From an uncultured archaeon (GTDB taxonomy: Archaea > Iainarchaeota > Iainarchaeia > Iainarchaeales > DATDZZ01): a stretch of 32,000 bases of DNA. Position 1 is the stretch's first letter. Each line of letters begins with the position of its first letter. Shown here piece after piece: positions 1 through 7,563 of the stretch. The notes beneath the pieces are model-generated. The model was not told where the DNA came from, searched no databases, and worked only from the letters and a program-made list of their open reading frames with translations. The stretch lies in contig CAYJVY010000010.1 in NCBI GenBank assembly GCA_964373795.1, positions 17,710 to 49,709 on the forward strand, in the 5' to 3' direction. The position numbers were made by a program, and so were the translations under genes.

Positions 1-49
1 ATTTCATGCAAGTTTAGCAAGAACCTTATATTGCAATGAATCAGGAGTA

Positions 50-280
50 ATGCCAATGATGGGTTTGCGTTCAATGATGGGGTTTAGTAATAATGGTTCT
101 GGAATGATGGGCAACCTTGGACAAGGATTTGGAATGATGAATTCAACTACTGGTTTTAATATGCCTTTTTTTGGTTACTTTAATTTGTTTAACGTTCTTT
201 ATTTGATTTTATTAATTGGAATAATTGCATTGGTTTATTTTGGAGTTTTTAAACTTCTTAATTCTAAAAAGAAAAAGTGA
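50..280 (+). CDS. Small Met/Gly-rich membrane-anchored protein, hypothetical (possible Cu(I)-binding Mets motifs)
   Basis: 76-aa ORF. AGGAG at 43-47; start is ATG 50 or, with better spacing, ATG 56. The first 40 aa carry four MMG/MMN motifs (PMMG, SMMG, GMMG, GMMN). One hydrophobic helix (LYLILLIGIIALVYFGVF) and a KKKK tail follow. Confidence 0.55.
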   Translation: MPMMGLRSMMGFSNNGSGMMGNLGQGFGMMNSTTGFNMPFFGYFNLFNVLYLILLIGIIALVYFGVFKLLNSKKKK

Positions 281-290
281 GGTGTTTGAT

Positions 291-560
291 GTGTGTGAAA
301 AAATAGGTTTAAAGTCTAGTCTTTTATCTGGAGGATTAACTGGATTGGCTTTGTATTTGCTTTGCGGAGCATTAATTTATTTACTTCCAGGGATTGCAAT
401 GAATCTTTTCACTTCAATGATTCACAGCTCTATTGCTTTACAAGTAAAGCCTTTCGAATTTACTGCATTAGTTTTAGGGGCAATAGTTGCATTTGCTGTT
501 GGAGCATTCATTGCAGGGGCATTTGCTTTCTTCTACAACTCCCTTGGATCAAAAAAATAA
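291..560 (+). CDS. Small multi-pass membrane protein, hypothetical
   Basis: The track ORF 225-560 overlaps the previous gene. GAGGTG at 279-284 followed by an in-frame GTG at 291 is the more plausible start. The product is almost entirely hydrophobic and Gly/Ala-rich (GGLTGLALYLLCGALIYLL, LVLGAIVAFAVGAFIAGAFAFF). Confidence 0.5.
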   Translation: MCEKIGLKSSLLSGGLTGLALYLLCGALIYLLPGIAMNLFTSMIHSSIALQVKPFEFTALVLGAIVAFAVGAFIAGAFAFFYNSLGSKK

Positions 561-602
561 TGCATAATAGATTTGTGCAATAGTAAATGTTTTAAATTCT
601 TT

Positions 603-629
603 TATTCATATATATGAATATATGAATAA
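603..629. promoter_or_regulatory. Palindromic operator-like site overlapping the ArsR-family gene start
   Basis: Perfect 18-bp palindrome TATTCATAT/ATATGAATA at 603-620. A tandem second TATGAATA copy lies at 621-628 and includes the ATG at 622. TTCA-N6-TGAA half-sites resemble known ArsR/SmtB operators. Confidence 0.5.
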
Positions 630-939
630 AGAGTTGCTTGAATTGCATGCTGGTTTGTGTAAAACCTTAGCTGATCCAAAGCGTTTAGAATTGATTTACT
701 TGCTTAGCAACAAGGAGAAATCTGTTTCTGAGTTAGTGAAATTGACTGGAATGCGTCAAGCTAATGTTTCACAGCACTTGGCTGTTTTAAAGCAGAAAAA
801 TATTGTTGCAAGCAGAAGAGAAGGTACACTGGTTTACTATTGTATTGCTTTTCCTAAAATGGTTAAAGCTTGCAATCTTATTAGAGAGGTTTTATTGCAG
901 CAATCTGGCAAGAGAAAAAAAATATTGGAAAAGGAGTGA
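622..939 (+). CDS. ArsR/SmtB-family winged-helix transcriptional regulator
   Basis: 105 aa. Family-typical LADPKRLELIYLL ... SVSELV ... GMRQANVSQHLAVLKQKNIV ... REGTLVYY. Only one Cys (GLCKTL), so it lacks the classical CVC metal site. Confidence 0.9.
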   Translation: MNKELLELHAGLCKTLADPKRLELIYLLSNKEKSVSELVKLTGMRQANVSQHLAVLKQKNIVASRREGTLVYYCIAFPKMVKACNLIREVLLQQSGKRKKILEKE

Positions 940-943
940 TTTA

Positions 944-1264
944 ATGAAGATCGGAATTGTTCTTTCTTCTAGAGTTGAAGAGGTTGTGTGGAATGCTTTT
1001 CGTTTTGGTGTTCTTGCATTAAAATCAGGCCATGAAGTTAAAACCTTTTTAATCAATACAGGAGTTGAATTAGAAGAAATTTCCAGTGAAAAATTTAATG
1101 TCAATGAACAAGTAAATGGTTTTATTTCTTCTGGAGGAAAAATCTTGGCTTGTGGCACTTGTTTGAAGCACCGCGACAAAGAAGGAAGCAATGTTTGCCC
1201 AATATCTACAATGAAGGACTTGCTTAAATTAGTTGAAGAATCAGACAGAATTCTTTCCTTTTGA
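944..1264 (+). CDS. DsrE/DsrF-like sulfur-relay family protein
   Basis: AAGGAG at 931-936, then ATG at 944; the track ORF from 803 is an upstream extension into arsR. 106 aa: MKIGIVLSS...VWNAFRFG...GGKILACGTCLKHR...CPISTMKDL, typical of small DsrE-like proteins encoded next to ArsR regulators. Confidence 0.8.
   Translation: MKIGIVLSSRVEEVVWNAFRFGVLALKSGHEVKTFLINTGVELEEISSEKFNVNEQVNGFISSGGKILACGTCLKHRDKEGSNVCPISTMKDLLKLVEESDRILSF
1208..1254 (+). repeat. 47-nt exact repeat shared with the decayed DsrE-like paralog (10053-10099)
   Basis: ACAATGAAGGACTTGCTTAAATTAGTTGAAGAATCAGACAGAATTCT is identical at both sites. The extended match 1176-1254 vs 10021-10099 has about 5 mismatches. Confidence 0.9.
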
Positions 1265-1492
1265 CTATTTGCAACAATTTTCTTTTTCCTTTTTGTTGTC
1301 TTTTTCTTCTATTTTGCATTCCTTGATTTCTTGAGCTAATATAATAATTGTTCCTATAACTAGCAGCAAACTTAGAATTCTAATTTCCCATCCATTAAAG
1401 GGCAGAAAAGCAAGCTTCCAGTTAACCCAAGTAATGTAAGCAGTAAAGAACTGCTTATAGGGCAAGCAGAAGTAATTAATGTGCTTACTCAT
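1265..1492 (-). CDS. Small membrane protein, hypothetical
   Basis: 75-aa ORF with one clear TM helix (ILSLLLVIGTIIILA) and a charged C-terminus ending in CCK. It lies downstream of, and co-directional with, the Cys-rich micro-ORF at 1601-1732. Confidence 0.45.
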   Translation of the reverse strand: MSKHINYFCLPYKQFFTAYITWVNWKLAFLPFNGWEIRILSLLLVIGTIIILAQEIKECKIEEKDNKKEKENCCK

Positions 1493-1600
1493 GTAAACGA
1501 AGCAAAGATTCCTTCTTTTAATTTAAGTTTTCTTGTTTGCTTTAGTTTGAAGAAATACATGCTTAAAGCTAATCCGCTTTGCTAGGCTTTATTTCCATAG

Positions 1601-1732
1601 TTAACTAAGTGCTTTTAGTAAAAGCTTCCGTGCTTGTGGTGATAAGTGCTTTAATTCTTTTGTACTGATGCAAATGCAGCAATCACATACAGGACAAATC
1701 CCTCCACTATAACACGGTTTTTTTGTTGTCAT
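1601..1732 (-). CDS. 43-aa Cys-rich micro-protein, hypothetical
   Basis: Below the ORF-track cutoff. GGAGG lies 8 nt upstream of the ATG (forward CCTCC at 1741-1745). Hand translation: MTTKKPCYSGGICPVCDCCICISTKELKHLSPQARKLLLKALS. Six Cys within 15 residues. Divergent from the HxlR regulator gene. Confidence 0.45.
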   Translation of the reverse strand: MTTKKPCYSGGICPVCDCCICISTKELKHLSPQARKLLLKALS

Positions 1733-1805
1733 ATTATTCCTCCAAAATTTAATAGTTTATTTAATATACTAATAGCGTTAATAGTTATTTAATGTAGGTG
1801 GTTTC

Positions 1806-2198
1806 ATGAGAGAAACTAGTTTACAATTAGTAACTAATAATCAAGATAATAATAAAGAATGTAGAATGAAAGGTAATGGTTATTGTCCAAAGCCACTCGA
1901 AAGAGTGGCTGTTTTTTTAATCAAAAAATGGACGCTAAGCATAATAGTAACAATTGGAAATTTTAATACTATTCGATTCAATGATTTGTTAAAAAGAATT
2001 GAAGGCATGACACAAAAAACTTTATCAGAAAGATTGCGAGAACTTGAAAAGCGCAATATTGTTGTGCGCCATGCTTTTTCTGAAAGGCCTCCAAGAGTTG
2101 AGTACTCCTTAACATCAAGTGGTCAGAAAATCATGAAAGCAGTTTTACCATTACTTAAACTAGCTGAATCAAATGCCTTACTAAATAAGGTGCAATGA
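1806..2198 (+). CDS. HxlR-family (DUF24) winged-helix transcriptional regulator
   Basis: AGGTGG lies upstream of ATG 1806. Motifs: CP...IKKWTLSIIV...RFNDLLKRIEGMTQKTLSERLRELEKRNIV...RPPRVEYSLTSSG. The conserved N-terminal Cys is typical of redox-sensing HxlR proteins. Confidence 0.85.
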   Translation: MRETSLQLVTNNQDNNKECRMKGNGYCPKPLERVAVFLIKKWTLSIIVTIGNFNTIRFNDLLKRIEGMTQKTLSERLRELEKRNIVVRHAFSERPPRVEYSLTSSGQKIMKAVLPLLKLAESNALLNKVQ

Positions 2199-2438
2199 CG
2201 AATTTGATGCGAACTTAGTTTTCTATATGATGTTTTTCCTTGCAGTCAATCCCATTTTTTATTTATTGCATACAAAGCAACAGCTATTGATAGTAGCCCA
2301 AGAGCATTATTGCTAAAGCCACTAGAAAAGCAAACAAGTAAGAAATTGATGCCCATTATTTGCCTCTTTTTACACACCATTACAAGGCAATATAAAATTT
2401 TGTACTCCAACTGTATACAAATGCATAGTAAGAATTAA

Positions 2439-3197
2439 TTATACAGTAGATAGTTTTGAGTTGAGTTTGTTTAGCTTGTTTTTTGCAGTATTTAAATGCT
2501 TTTCAGTTTTTTGTTTTCCTATTGCAAAATTGTCAGCGTTTTTTTCTTCTTGACTAAATAATGATTTCATTTCAGAGAACGCAAATATTGGGGAAATTTT
2601 TGTTAAAAAAAATCCCAAAGACTTTATTTTAGGGGTTTTTGTTTTTATGTGGTATACTTCATGCAATATCACTGATTCTAGTTCTTTTCTTGATAAAAGC
2701 TCTAACAAACCAACAGAAAAAAATATCTTTGCATGAATTGAAGTACTAGAAAACGCTTTTGGAGATATGTCATCTATTAAGAAGATTTTTGGCATTTTCA
2801 TGCCTTCAATTCTTGTTATCTCTTTTATTTTTTCATACAAATCCCCTGAAACGACTTCAGTTGCTTTTAAAGAATACTGGTAAACAAGCGGGGCGACTAT
2901 ATAGCCTAAAATAATTGCCCCCAAAATTGAGACAGGTATTGCTGTCAAATAAGCTGAGGCCATGCATGCAAGAAATGAACCACACTTTAATGAGAACAAA
3001 AAGTAAAGAACTGGGAACACTATTGCGAAAATGTGTGCGTAAATCCAAAAGGTTTTATTAGCTGTTTCTTTTTTCCTGATTTTCCAAAAGGACACTCCTA
3101 AAAGTAGAAGAGATGTTCCAATTGTGAAAATCCCATCAATACTTGAAATGAATGCTGGAATGCATACAGTTGCCATACAAGTGAGATCGGTAAGCAT
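2439..3197 (-). CDS. Membrane zinc metallopeptidase, BlaR1/M56-like signal transducer without an extracellular sensor domain
   Basis: 252 aa. Several N-terminal TM helices, then an HExxH motif (VILHEVYHIK). Located 3 nt downstream of a BlaI-family repressor gene, the canonical BlaI-BlaR1 order. Confidence 0.7.
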   Translation of the reverse strand: MLTDLTCMATVCIPAFISSIDGIFTIGTSLLLLGVSFWKIRKKETANKTFWIYAHIFAIVFPVLYFLFSLKCGSFLACMASAYLTAIPVSILGAIILGYIVAPLVYQYSLKATEVVSGDLYEKIKEITRIEGMKMPKIFLIDDISPKAFSSTSIHAKIFFSVGLLELLSRKELESVILHEVYHIKTKTPKIKSLGFFLTKISPIFAFSEMKSLFSQEEKNADNFAIGKQKTEKHLNTAKNKLNKLNSKLSTV

Positions 3198-3200
3198 TTT

Positions 3201-3575
3201 TTAATCACTTTTTTCTCCAAATCTTTCATTAAAATATGCAATAGCTGTTGAACCAAATTTTTGAATCAATTTGTTGACACTTTTTTCTAAAACCCTTTTT
3301 TCAAATTTTTCTGGACTGATTTTCAATACGTAAGCATATCTATAGCCACCTCTGCAGTTTTCGATCTCTCTTTCAGTGAGCCCTTTTTTATGCAATCTAT
3401 CCAAAAACACTGATACAGTAGTAGGGGAAACTATTTTTTTGTTCCTTTTAAGGGCTTGATGAATATCTTTAGAAATTGATTTACCTTTTTTTCCAAGTAT
3501 ATATAAAATAGCTAACTCCAAATCACTTAAAGCGTCTTTTAATTCATTCTTTATTATGAAACTCTCTCTAATCAT
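3201..3575 (-). CDS. BlaI/MecI/CopY-family winged-helix repressor
   Basis: 124 aa. Motifs: LSDLELAILYILGKKGKSISKDIHQAL ... VSPTTVSVFLDRLHKKGL ... YRYAYVL. No C-terminal CxCxxxxCxC, so it is not a classical CopY metal site. Confidence 0.8.
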   Translation of the reverse strand: MIRESFIIKNELKDALSDLELAILYILGKKGKSISKDIHQALKRNKKIVSPTTVSVFLDRLHKKGLTEREIENCRGGYRYAYVLKISPEKFEKRVLEKSVNKLIQKFGSTAIAYFNERFGEKSD

Positions 3576-3685
3576 GGCATAAATATATTTCCCTAAACCT
3601 TATATAAACATGTCGACTTACACCAATGATTAAGTTTTACAAAAAATGGTAAAGCTTTTAAATAAGTTAGCATTCAAATATAATA

Positions 3686-5131
3686 ATGGTTGGAACAAAG
3701 TATTGCTCTATTTGCGGCCTAAAATCAAAAAAAGGCTTTGAAAAATTTGGTGAAGGCTTTTGCTCAAAAAAACATGCAAATGAATTTGTTCTACAAACCA
3801 GAAAACAAAAACTTGCAAAAGCAAATAGTGGGCAGTCAAGGAAAAAAAGTATTAGTGGTTTTAGTAATTTTTTTACGCCGCTAGAAAATTCTATCAACAT
3901 TTTGTTAAACGAGAAATATGCCAAAACTTTTTTTGTAGCTTTTTCTATTAGCCTGATTTTTTTTAGTTTCCTGAATGGATTGTTTCTAATTCCTTTTCTT
4001 GAAATAGGTTTTGGTAGAATGGCAGAAGTAACAGTTTTTGACTACCTTTATTTGACATTTTCTTCCATACTAATAGCTGTCCTTGTCAGCTTATTTTTTT
4101 ACCAGAGAAATGAGTTAACAAAAACCTTTGATTCTGGAAACCTGGTTGGAACTGGCTCAACTTCTTTGGCAGGATTTCTTGCAGCAATTTGCCCTGTATG
4201 TCAGTCAGTATCACTTGCAGCTTTTGGTGCAACTGTATTAGCTATTCCTTTAGGTCCACTCATTCCAGTTCTTGGCTTTTTAAAATTTTTTGGACTAGGC
4301 TTGCTAGGGTTAAGCGTTTACATTGTTTCCAATAATATTTATAAAAAAACCTGCACAGCTTGTGCCCCAGAGTCACTGCTTGTGGAAAAAAAATTAAGCA
4401 ATTCTTTTCTTGAAGAATTCTTCTTGAAAAACAATTGGGGATTTTCTTTGCTAGTTGTTTTTGGAGTCATTCTAGTATTAAATCAGTTTCTTTTAACCAA
4501 TGCTTTTTCAGGATTTGCTCCACAACCAGGAACTGCTGCATTCTTGACTGCTACTAATGCTATAACAGTTGACGCAAAAAGCGAGTTAAATTATGGGGCA
4601 AAAATTACTATAAAGCCAATGCCTTTAGCCGTGAATGAGGCATCTGCAATAGCTGGATACAAAACAAAAGTAAAATCATTGCCTACAATTAGTGAAATCG
4701 AGGTTACTCCTTCTACAGGTGATCTAACCCAAGATATTGCTAACAATGTAATACCTAAAGGAAAACCTTGGTATAGTGAAGAGACTGGAGGAATTAGTTT
4801 TGATGACGCAATAAAGGCTCAACAGCTTTGGGCTAGAGGAAGAGCAATTCAATTGAGTCCTGAAGAGCAAAAAAGATGGGACAAAATTGTAAATTCTTTT
4901 ACCTGTGATTATTGTTGTGGAAGTCCACAAAACCCCACAATTATTACAAGATGTGGTTGCGCTCATTCGTATGCAGCACAAGGAATGGCGAAATGGTTTA
5001 TAAAAAATTATGGTGACAAGTTCTCTGATGAAGAAATATATGGTGAAATGGCTAGATGGTATGCTTTATGGTATCCAGGGCCAACTGTTAAAAGAATTGT
5101 CCAAGAAATCCAATCACAGTCAAACATTTAA
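3686..5131 (+). CDS. Multidomain membrane protein: N-terminal TRASH-like zinc ribbon, TM region with intramembrane CPVC, C-terminal Cys-cluster domain
   Basis: 481 aa. The N-terminus CSICG-x15-FCSKKH resembles TRASH / zf-FCS. TM helices include GFLAAICPVCQSVSLAAFG. The C-terminal soluble domain carries CDYCCGS-x10-RCGCAHS. Confidence 0.7.
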   Translation: MVGTKYCSICGLKSKKGFEKFGEGFCSKKHANEFVLQTRKQKLAKANSGQSRKKSISGFSNFFTPLENSINILLNEKYAKTFFVAFSISLIFFSFLNGLFLIPFLEIGFGRMAEVTVFDYLYLTFSSILIAVLVSLFFYQRNELTKTFDSGNLVGTGSTSLAGFLAAICPVCQSVSLAAFGATVLAIPLGPLIPVLGFLKFFGLGLLGLSVYIVSNNIYKKTCTACAPESLLVEKKLSNSFLEEFFLKNNWGFSLLVVFGVILVLNQFLLTNAFSGFAPQPGTAAFLTATNAITVDAKSELNYGAKITIKPMPLAVNEASAIAGYKTKVKSLPTISEIEVTPSTGDLTQDIANNVIPKGKPWYSEETGGISFDDAIKAQQLWARGRAIQLSPEEQKRWDKIVNSFTCDYCCGSPQNPTIITRCGCAHSYAAQGMAKWFIKNYGDKFSDEEIYGEMARWYALWYPGPTVKRIVQEIQSQSNI

Positions 5132-5168
5132 TTCTAAAAAATGGTAAATAAAAAGGAGGGATTAAGTA

Positions 5169-5399
5169 ATGGCTTTGAAAACAGTATTGCTAGGCGCCTT
5201 GCTAGTAGTAATGGTTATAGTAGGATTGTTGCAAACAGTTCAAATACTTAACCTTAGCACTGCATTGAATTCAGGTGTTGGCTTGGTTACAGCAAAACCT
5301 GCTTCAATTAGTGTGGCTGGTGCAACAGCAAACAGTATAAAATCTACTGGTTCTGCAACTAGTTTGGATAACCTGCCTGGCATGGTTGGCGGATGTTGA
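5169..5399 (+). CDS. Small single-pass membrane protein ending in PGMVGGC, hypothetical
   Basis: AAGGAGGG at 5153-5160. 76 aa: an N-terminal TM helix (LLGALLVVMVIVGLL), a Ser/Ala/Thr/Gly-rich linker, and a terminal LPGMVGGC. Its stop codon overlaps the next gene start (ATGTTGA at 5393-5399). Confidence 0.6.
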   Translation: MALKTVLLGALLVVMVIVGLLQTVQILNLSTALNSGVGLVTAKPASISVAGATANSIKSTGSATSLDNLPGMVGGC

Positions 5400-6805
5400 A
5401 AATTTTTCGGGAAAACACAATGCAGAAGAATTTACTTATTAGTGGCGCATTAATAGCCTTGCTTATAATTGTTTTGTTTAACTCTTTGCAACTTACAGCT
5501 TTGGCTTCTCTAGCCAATGAAAAGACTGCAATAGCAAAAGAAAATTCGAGGCCTGGAAAAATTCAGTTAATAGAGTTGATTGTGCCATGCAGTGATTGCA
5601 TAGGCATTGATTCATTATTAGTTGATTTAAAAAAGCAAAACCTTGAAGTAGTTTCTGAAAAAAGGCTTGCCTCTAATTTGCCAGAGGCACAAAATTTAAT
5701 AAAAGAATTTGGTTTAACCAGGCTTCCAGCACTAATTGTTTTTGGTGAAACAACCAAGCAAAATCAGGTTAAAAGTTTTTTTGAAAAAAATGGTTTTAAA
5801 TTGAATGATTTAAATCAAGCGGTTTTTGAAACAAAAAAAGTGCCTTATTTTGATTTGAAAAATAATTCTGTTAGAGGAAGAGTATCAGTGGTTTCTTTGA
5901 CTGCAAAAGATTGCAGTAATTGTAGCTCTTTTGCAACGCTATTACCCTTGCTGAGAAACCGCGGAATAGTTTTTGATGAAGAAAAATTCTTGGAATTTAA
6001 TTCAAGTGAAGGAAAAGACTTTGTTCAAAAACATGGCTTGCAGAAAGTTCCAGCAATTTTTTTGTCAGAGAACATTCAAGAATACCCTGAAGTTTTTAAT
6101 GCATTAATTAATCAGCTTGGTTTCAAGCAAGGAAAAGGATATATTTTTCGTGAACCGCTTAGCGCGCCCTTTGTTGATGCTTTAAGTGGTGAAACAAAAG
6201 GATTAGTTAAAGCTATTTTTTTGGATGACTCTTCTTGCAATGATTGCTATGATGTGAATATGCATAAACAGATTTTTGACAGGTTTAAATTATTTTTAAA
6301 TGAAGAAGAAACAGTGGAAGTTTCTAGCGAGAAAGGGCAACAATTGATTAGTGATTACAATATTAGCAGAATTCCAACTGTGTTGCTTTCACCAGAAGCA
6401 AAAGAGTATCAAGAACTTGTGAATGTTTGGAGAGCTGTTGGAACAATTGAAGAGAATGATTGGTTTGTTTTTAGAGAGCCTAGTGCGTTATCTGGAGTTT
6501 ATATTGATTTGAATTTGAATTTAATTGTTAATCCAATACTTGTTCTTGGAGCAGAGTTTGAATTTCAGCCAAGCACAATTTCAGTTAAAAAAGGACAACT
6601 TGTTAAAATTACCTTTGTAAATGTTGGGCAAGCAGAGCATGATTTTGTAATTAATGAATTAAATATTAAAACAAAATTATTGAAACCTCAGGAAAGTGAA
6701 ACAATTGAATTCATTGCAGATAAAACCGGAGAGTTTTCTTTTTATTGTTCAGTGGAAGGCCATAAAGAACAGGGAATGAAAGGAACAATCATTATTTCGA
6801 AATAA
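5393..6805 (+). CDS. Membrane-anchored fusion of three thioredoxin-like CxxC modules and a C-terminal type-1 cupredoxin domain
   Basis: 470 aa with an N-terminal TM helix. Three modules each have a CxxC (CSDC, CSNC, CNDC) followed about 45-55 aa later by a cis-Pro-type strand (RLPALIVF, KVPAIFLS, RIPTVLLS). The C-terminus FVNVGQAEHDF ... FYCSVEGHKEQGMKG supplies the His/Cys/His/Met copper ligands. Alternative start at ATG 5420. Confidence 0.8.
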   Translation: MLKIFRENTMQKNLLISGALIALLIIVLFNSLQLTALASLANEKTAIAKENSRPGKIQLIELIVPCSDCIGIDSLLVDLKKQNLEVVSEKRLASNLPEAQNLIKEFGLTRLPALIVFGETTKQNQVKSFFEKNGFKLNDLNQAVFETKKVPYFDLKNNSVRGRVSVVSLTAKDCSNCSSFATLLPLLRNRGIVFDEEKFLEFNSSEGKDFVQKHGLQKVPAIFLSENIQEYPEVFNALINQLGFKQGKGYIFREPLSAPFVDALSGETKGLVKAIFLDDSSCNDCYDVNMHKQIFDRFKLFLNEEETVEVSSEKGQQLISDYNISRIPTVLLSPEAKEYQELVNVWRAVGTIEENDWFVFREPSALSGVYIDLNLNLIVNPILVLGAEFEFQPSTISVKKGQLVKITFVNVGQAEHDFVINELNIKTKLLKPQESETIEFIADKTGEFSFYCSVEGHKEQGMKGTIIISK

Positions 6806-6839
6806 CAGTTTTAATGAAAGAATGTATTAATTTGGTGAT

Positions 6840-7559
6840 TTGTTGGAAAAAGATAAGATTGTTCCAGCTATTTTTGGTTTTTTTTTAATAATTTTAATCA
6901 GTTTGTCTGTGTTTTTTGCATTACCTATGGTTTTTCCAAACAAAAGTAATTCTTCTGTTACATTTTCTTTTGCTGTTCTAAATTCAGATAATTTTTCTAA
7001 GAAGAATTTTACTGAATTTGATAGAAAGCTCGCTATCAAGTTAATGGATAAAGATGAAGATGGAAAATGTGATGCTTGCGGAATGAATGTAGAGTTGTGC
7101 ATGGATTCTGGACAAATAGAGTGTAACATGGTTCCTGGTGCTAAATTTGGAGTGCTTGGCTCTGCACACATCCATGCAAATTTTAAAGTTTTTTTGAATG
7201 GAAAAGAATTTGATTTTGGTCAACAAAAATATGCTGTGAAAAGCAGGTTTATGCATGTAGAAAATGATGTTCCAGAAGAGTTTGGAAAACTCTTACACAT
7301 TCATGCAACTGGCATGCCTTTGTGGCTGTTTTTTGAAAGCCTTGGAATGAAATTAAGCAAAGATTGTTTTGAATTGGATACTGGAGAAAATTTTTGCAGT
7401 AATTCAGATAATTCATTAAATTTTTATGTTAATGGTCAACCAAGTAATGAGTTTCAAGACTATGTCCCAAAAGACAAGGACAAGATTCTGATTAGTTTAT
7501 ATGGCAATGAAACAAATGACATAGGGAAACAATTAGAATCAATTACAAACTATTCTTAG
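6840..7559 (+). CDS. Membrane-anchored extracytoplasmic His/Cys-motif protein (paralog of 7564-8070), family not named
   Basis: 239 aa, TTG start. N-terminal TM helix. Cys4 cluster CDACG...C...C. Then HIHANFKVFLNGKE ... LHIHATG ... LFFESLG ... C...C ... FYVNGQ ... EFQDYVPKDKDKILI. Confidence 0.6.
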   Translation: MLEKDKIVPAIFGFFLIILISLSVFFALPMVFPNKSNSSVTFSFAVLNSDNFSKKNFTEFDRKLAIKLMDKDEDGKCDACGMNVELCMDSGQIECNMVPGAKFGVLGSAHIHANFKVFLNGKEFDFGQQKYAVKSRFMHVENDVPEEFGKLLHIHATGMPLWLFFESLGMKLSKDCFELDTGENFCSNSDNSLNFYVNGQPSNEFQDYVPKDKDKILISLYGNETNDIGKQLESITNYS

Positions 7560-7563
7560 GGAA

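Noticed and set aside
803-943. Upstream extension of the DsrE-like ORF (track start 803)
   Set aside because: It overlaps arsR by 137 nt in another frame. AAGGAG followed by ATG at 944 yields a protein of normal DsrE length.
2246-2380. Minus-strand 36-44 codon hydrophobic micro-ORF (MGINFLLVCFSSGFSNNALGLLSIAVALYAINKKWD)
   Set aside because: The only support is hydrophobicity and a weak AGAGG. I cannot distinguish it from chance in an AT-rich spacer.
6814-6893. Alternative ATG at 6814 in another frame, reaching the 6840 gene through a frameshift in the T9 run (6885-6893)
   Set aside because: The annotated TTG-initiated frame already gives a sensible charged N-terminus plus TM helix. There is no need to invoke slippage, although the homopolymer could be a sequencing-error hotspot.
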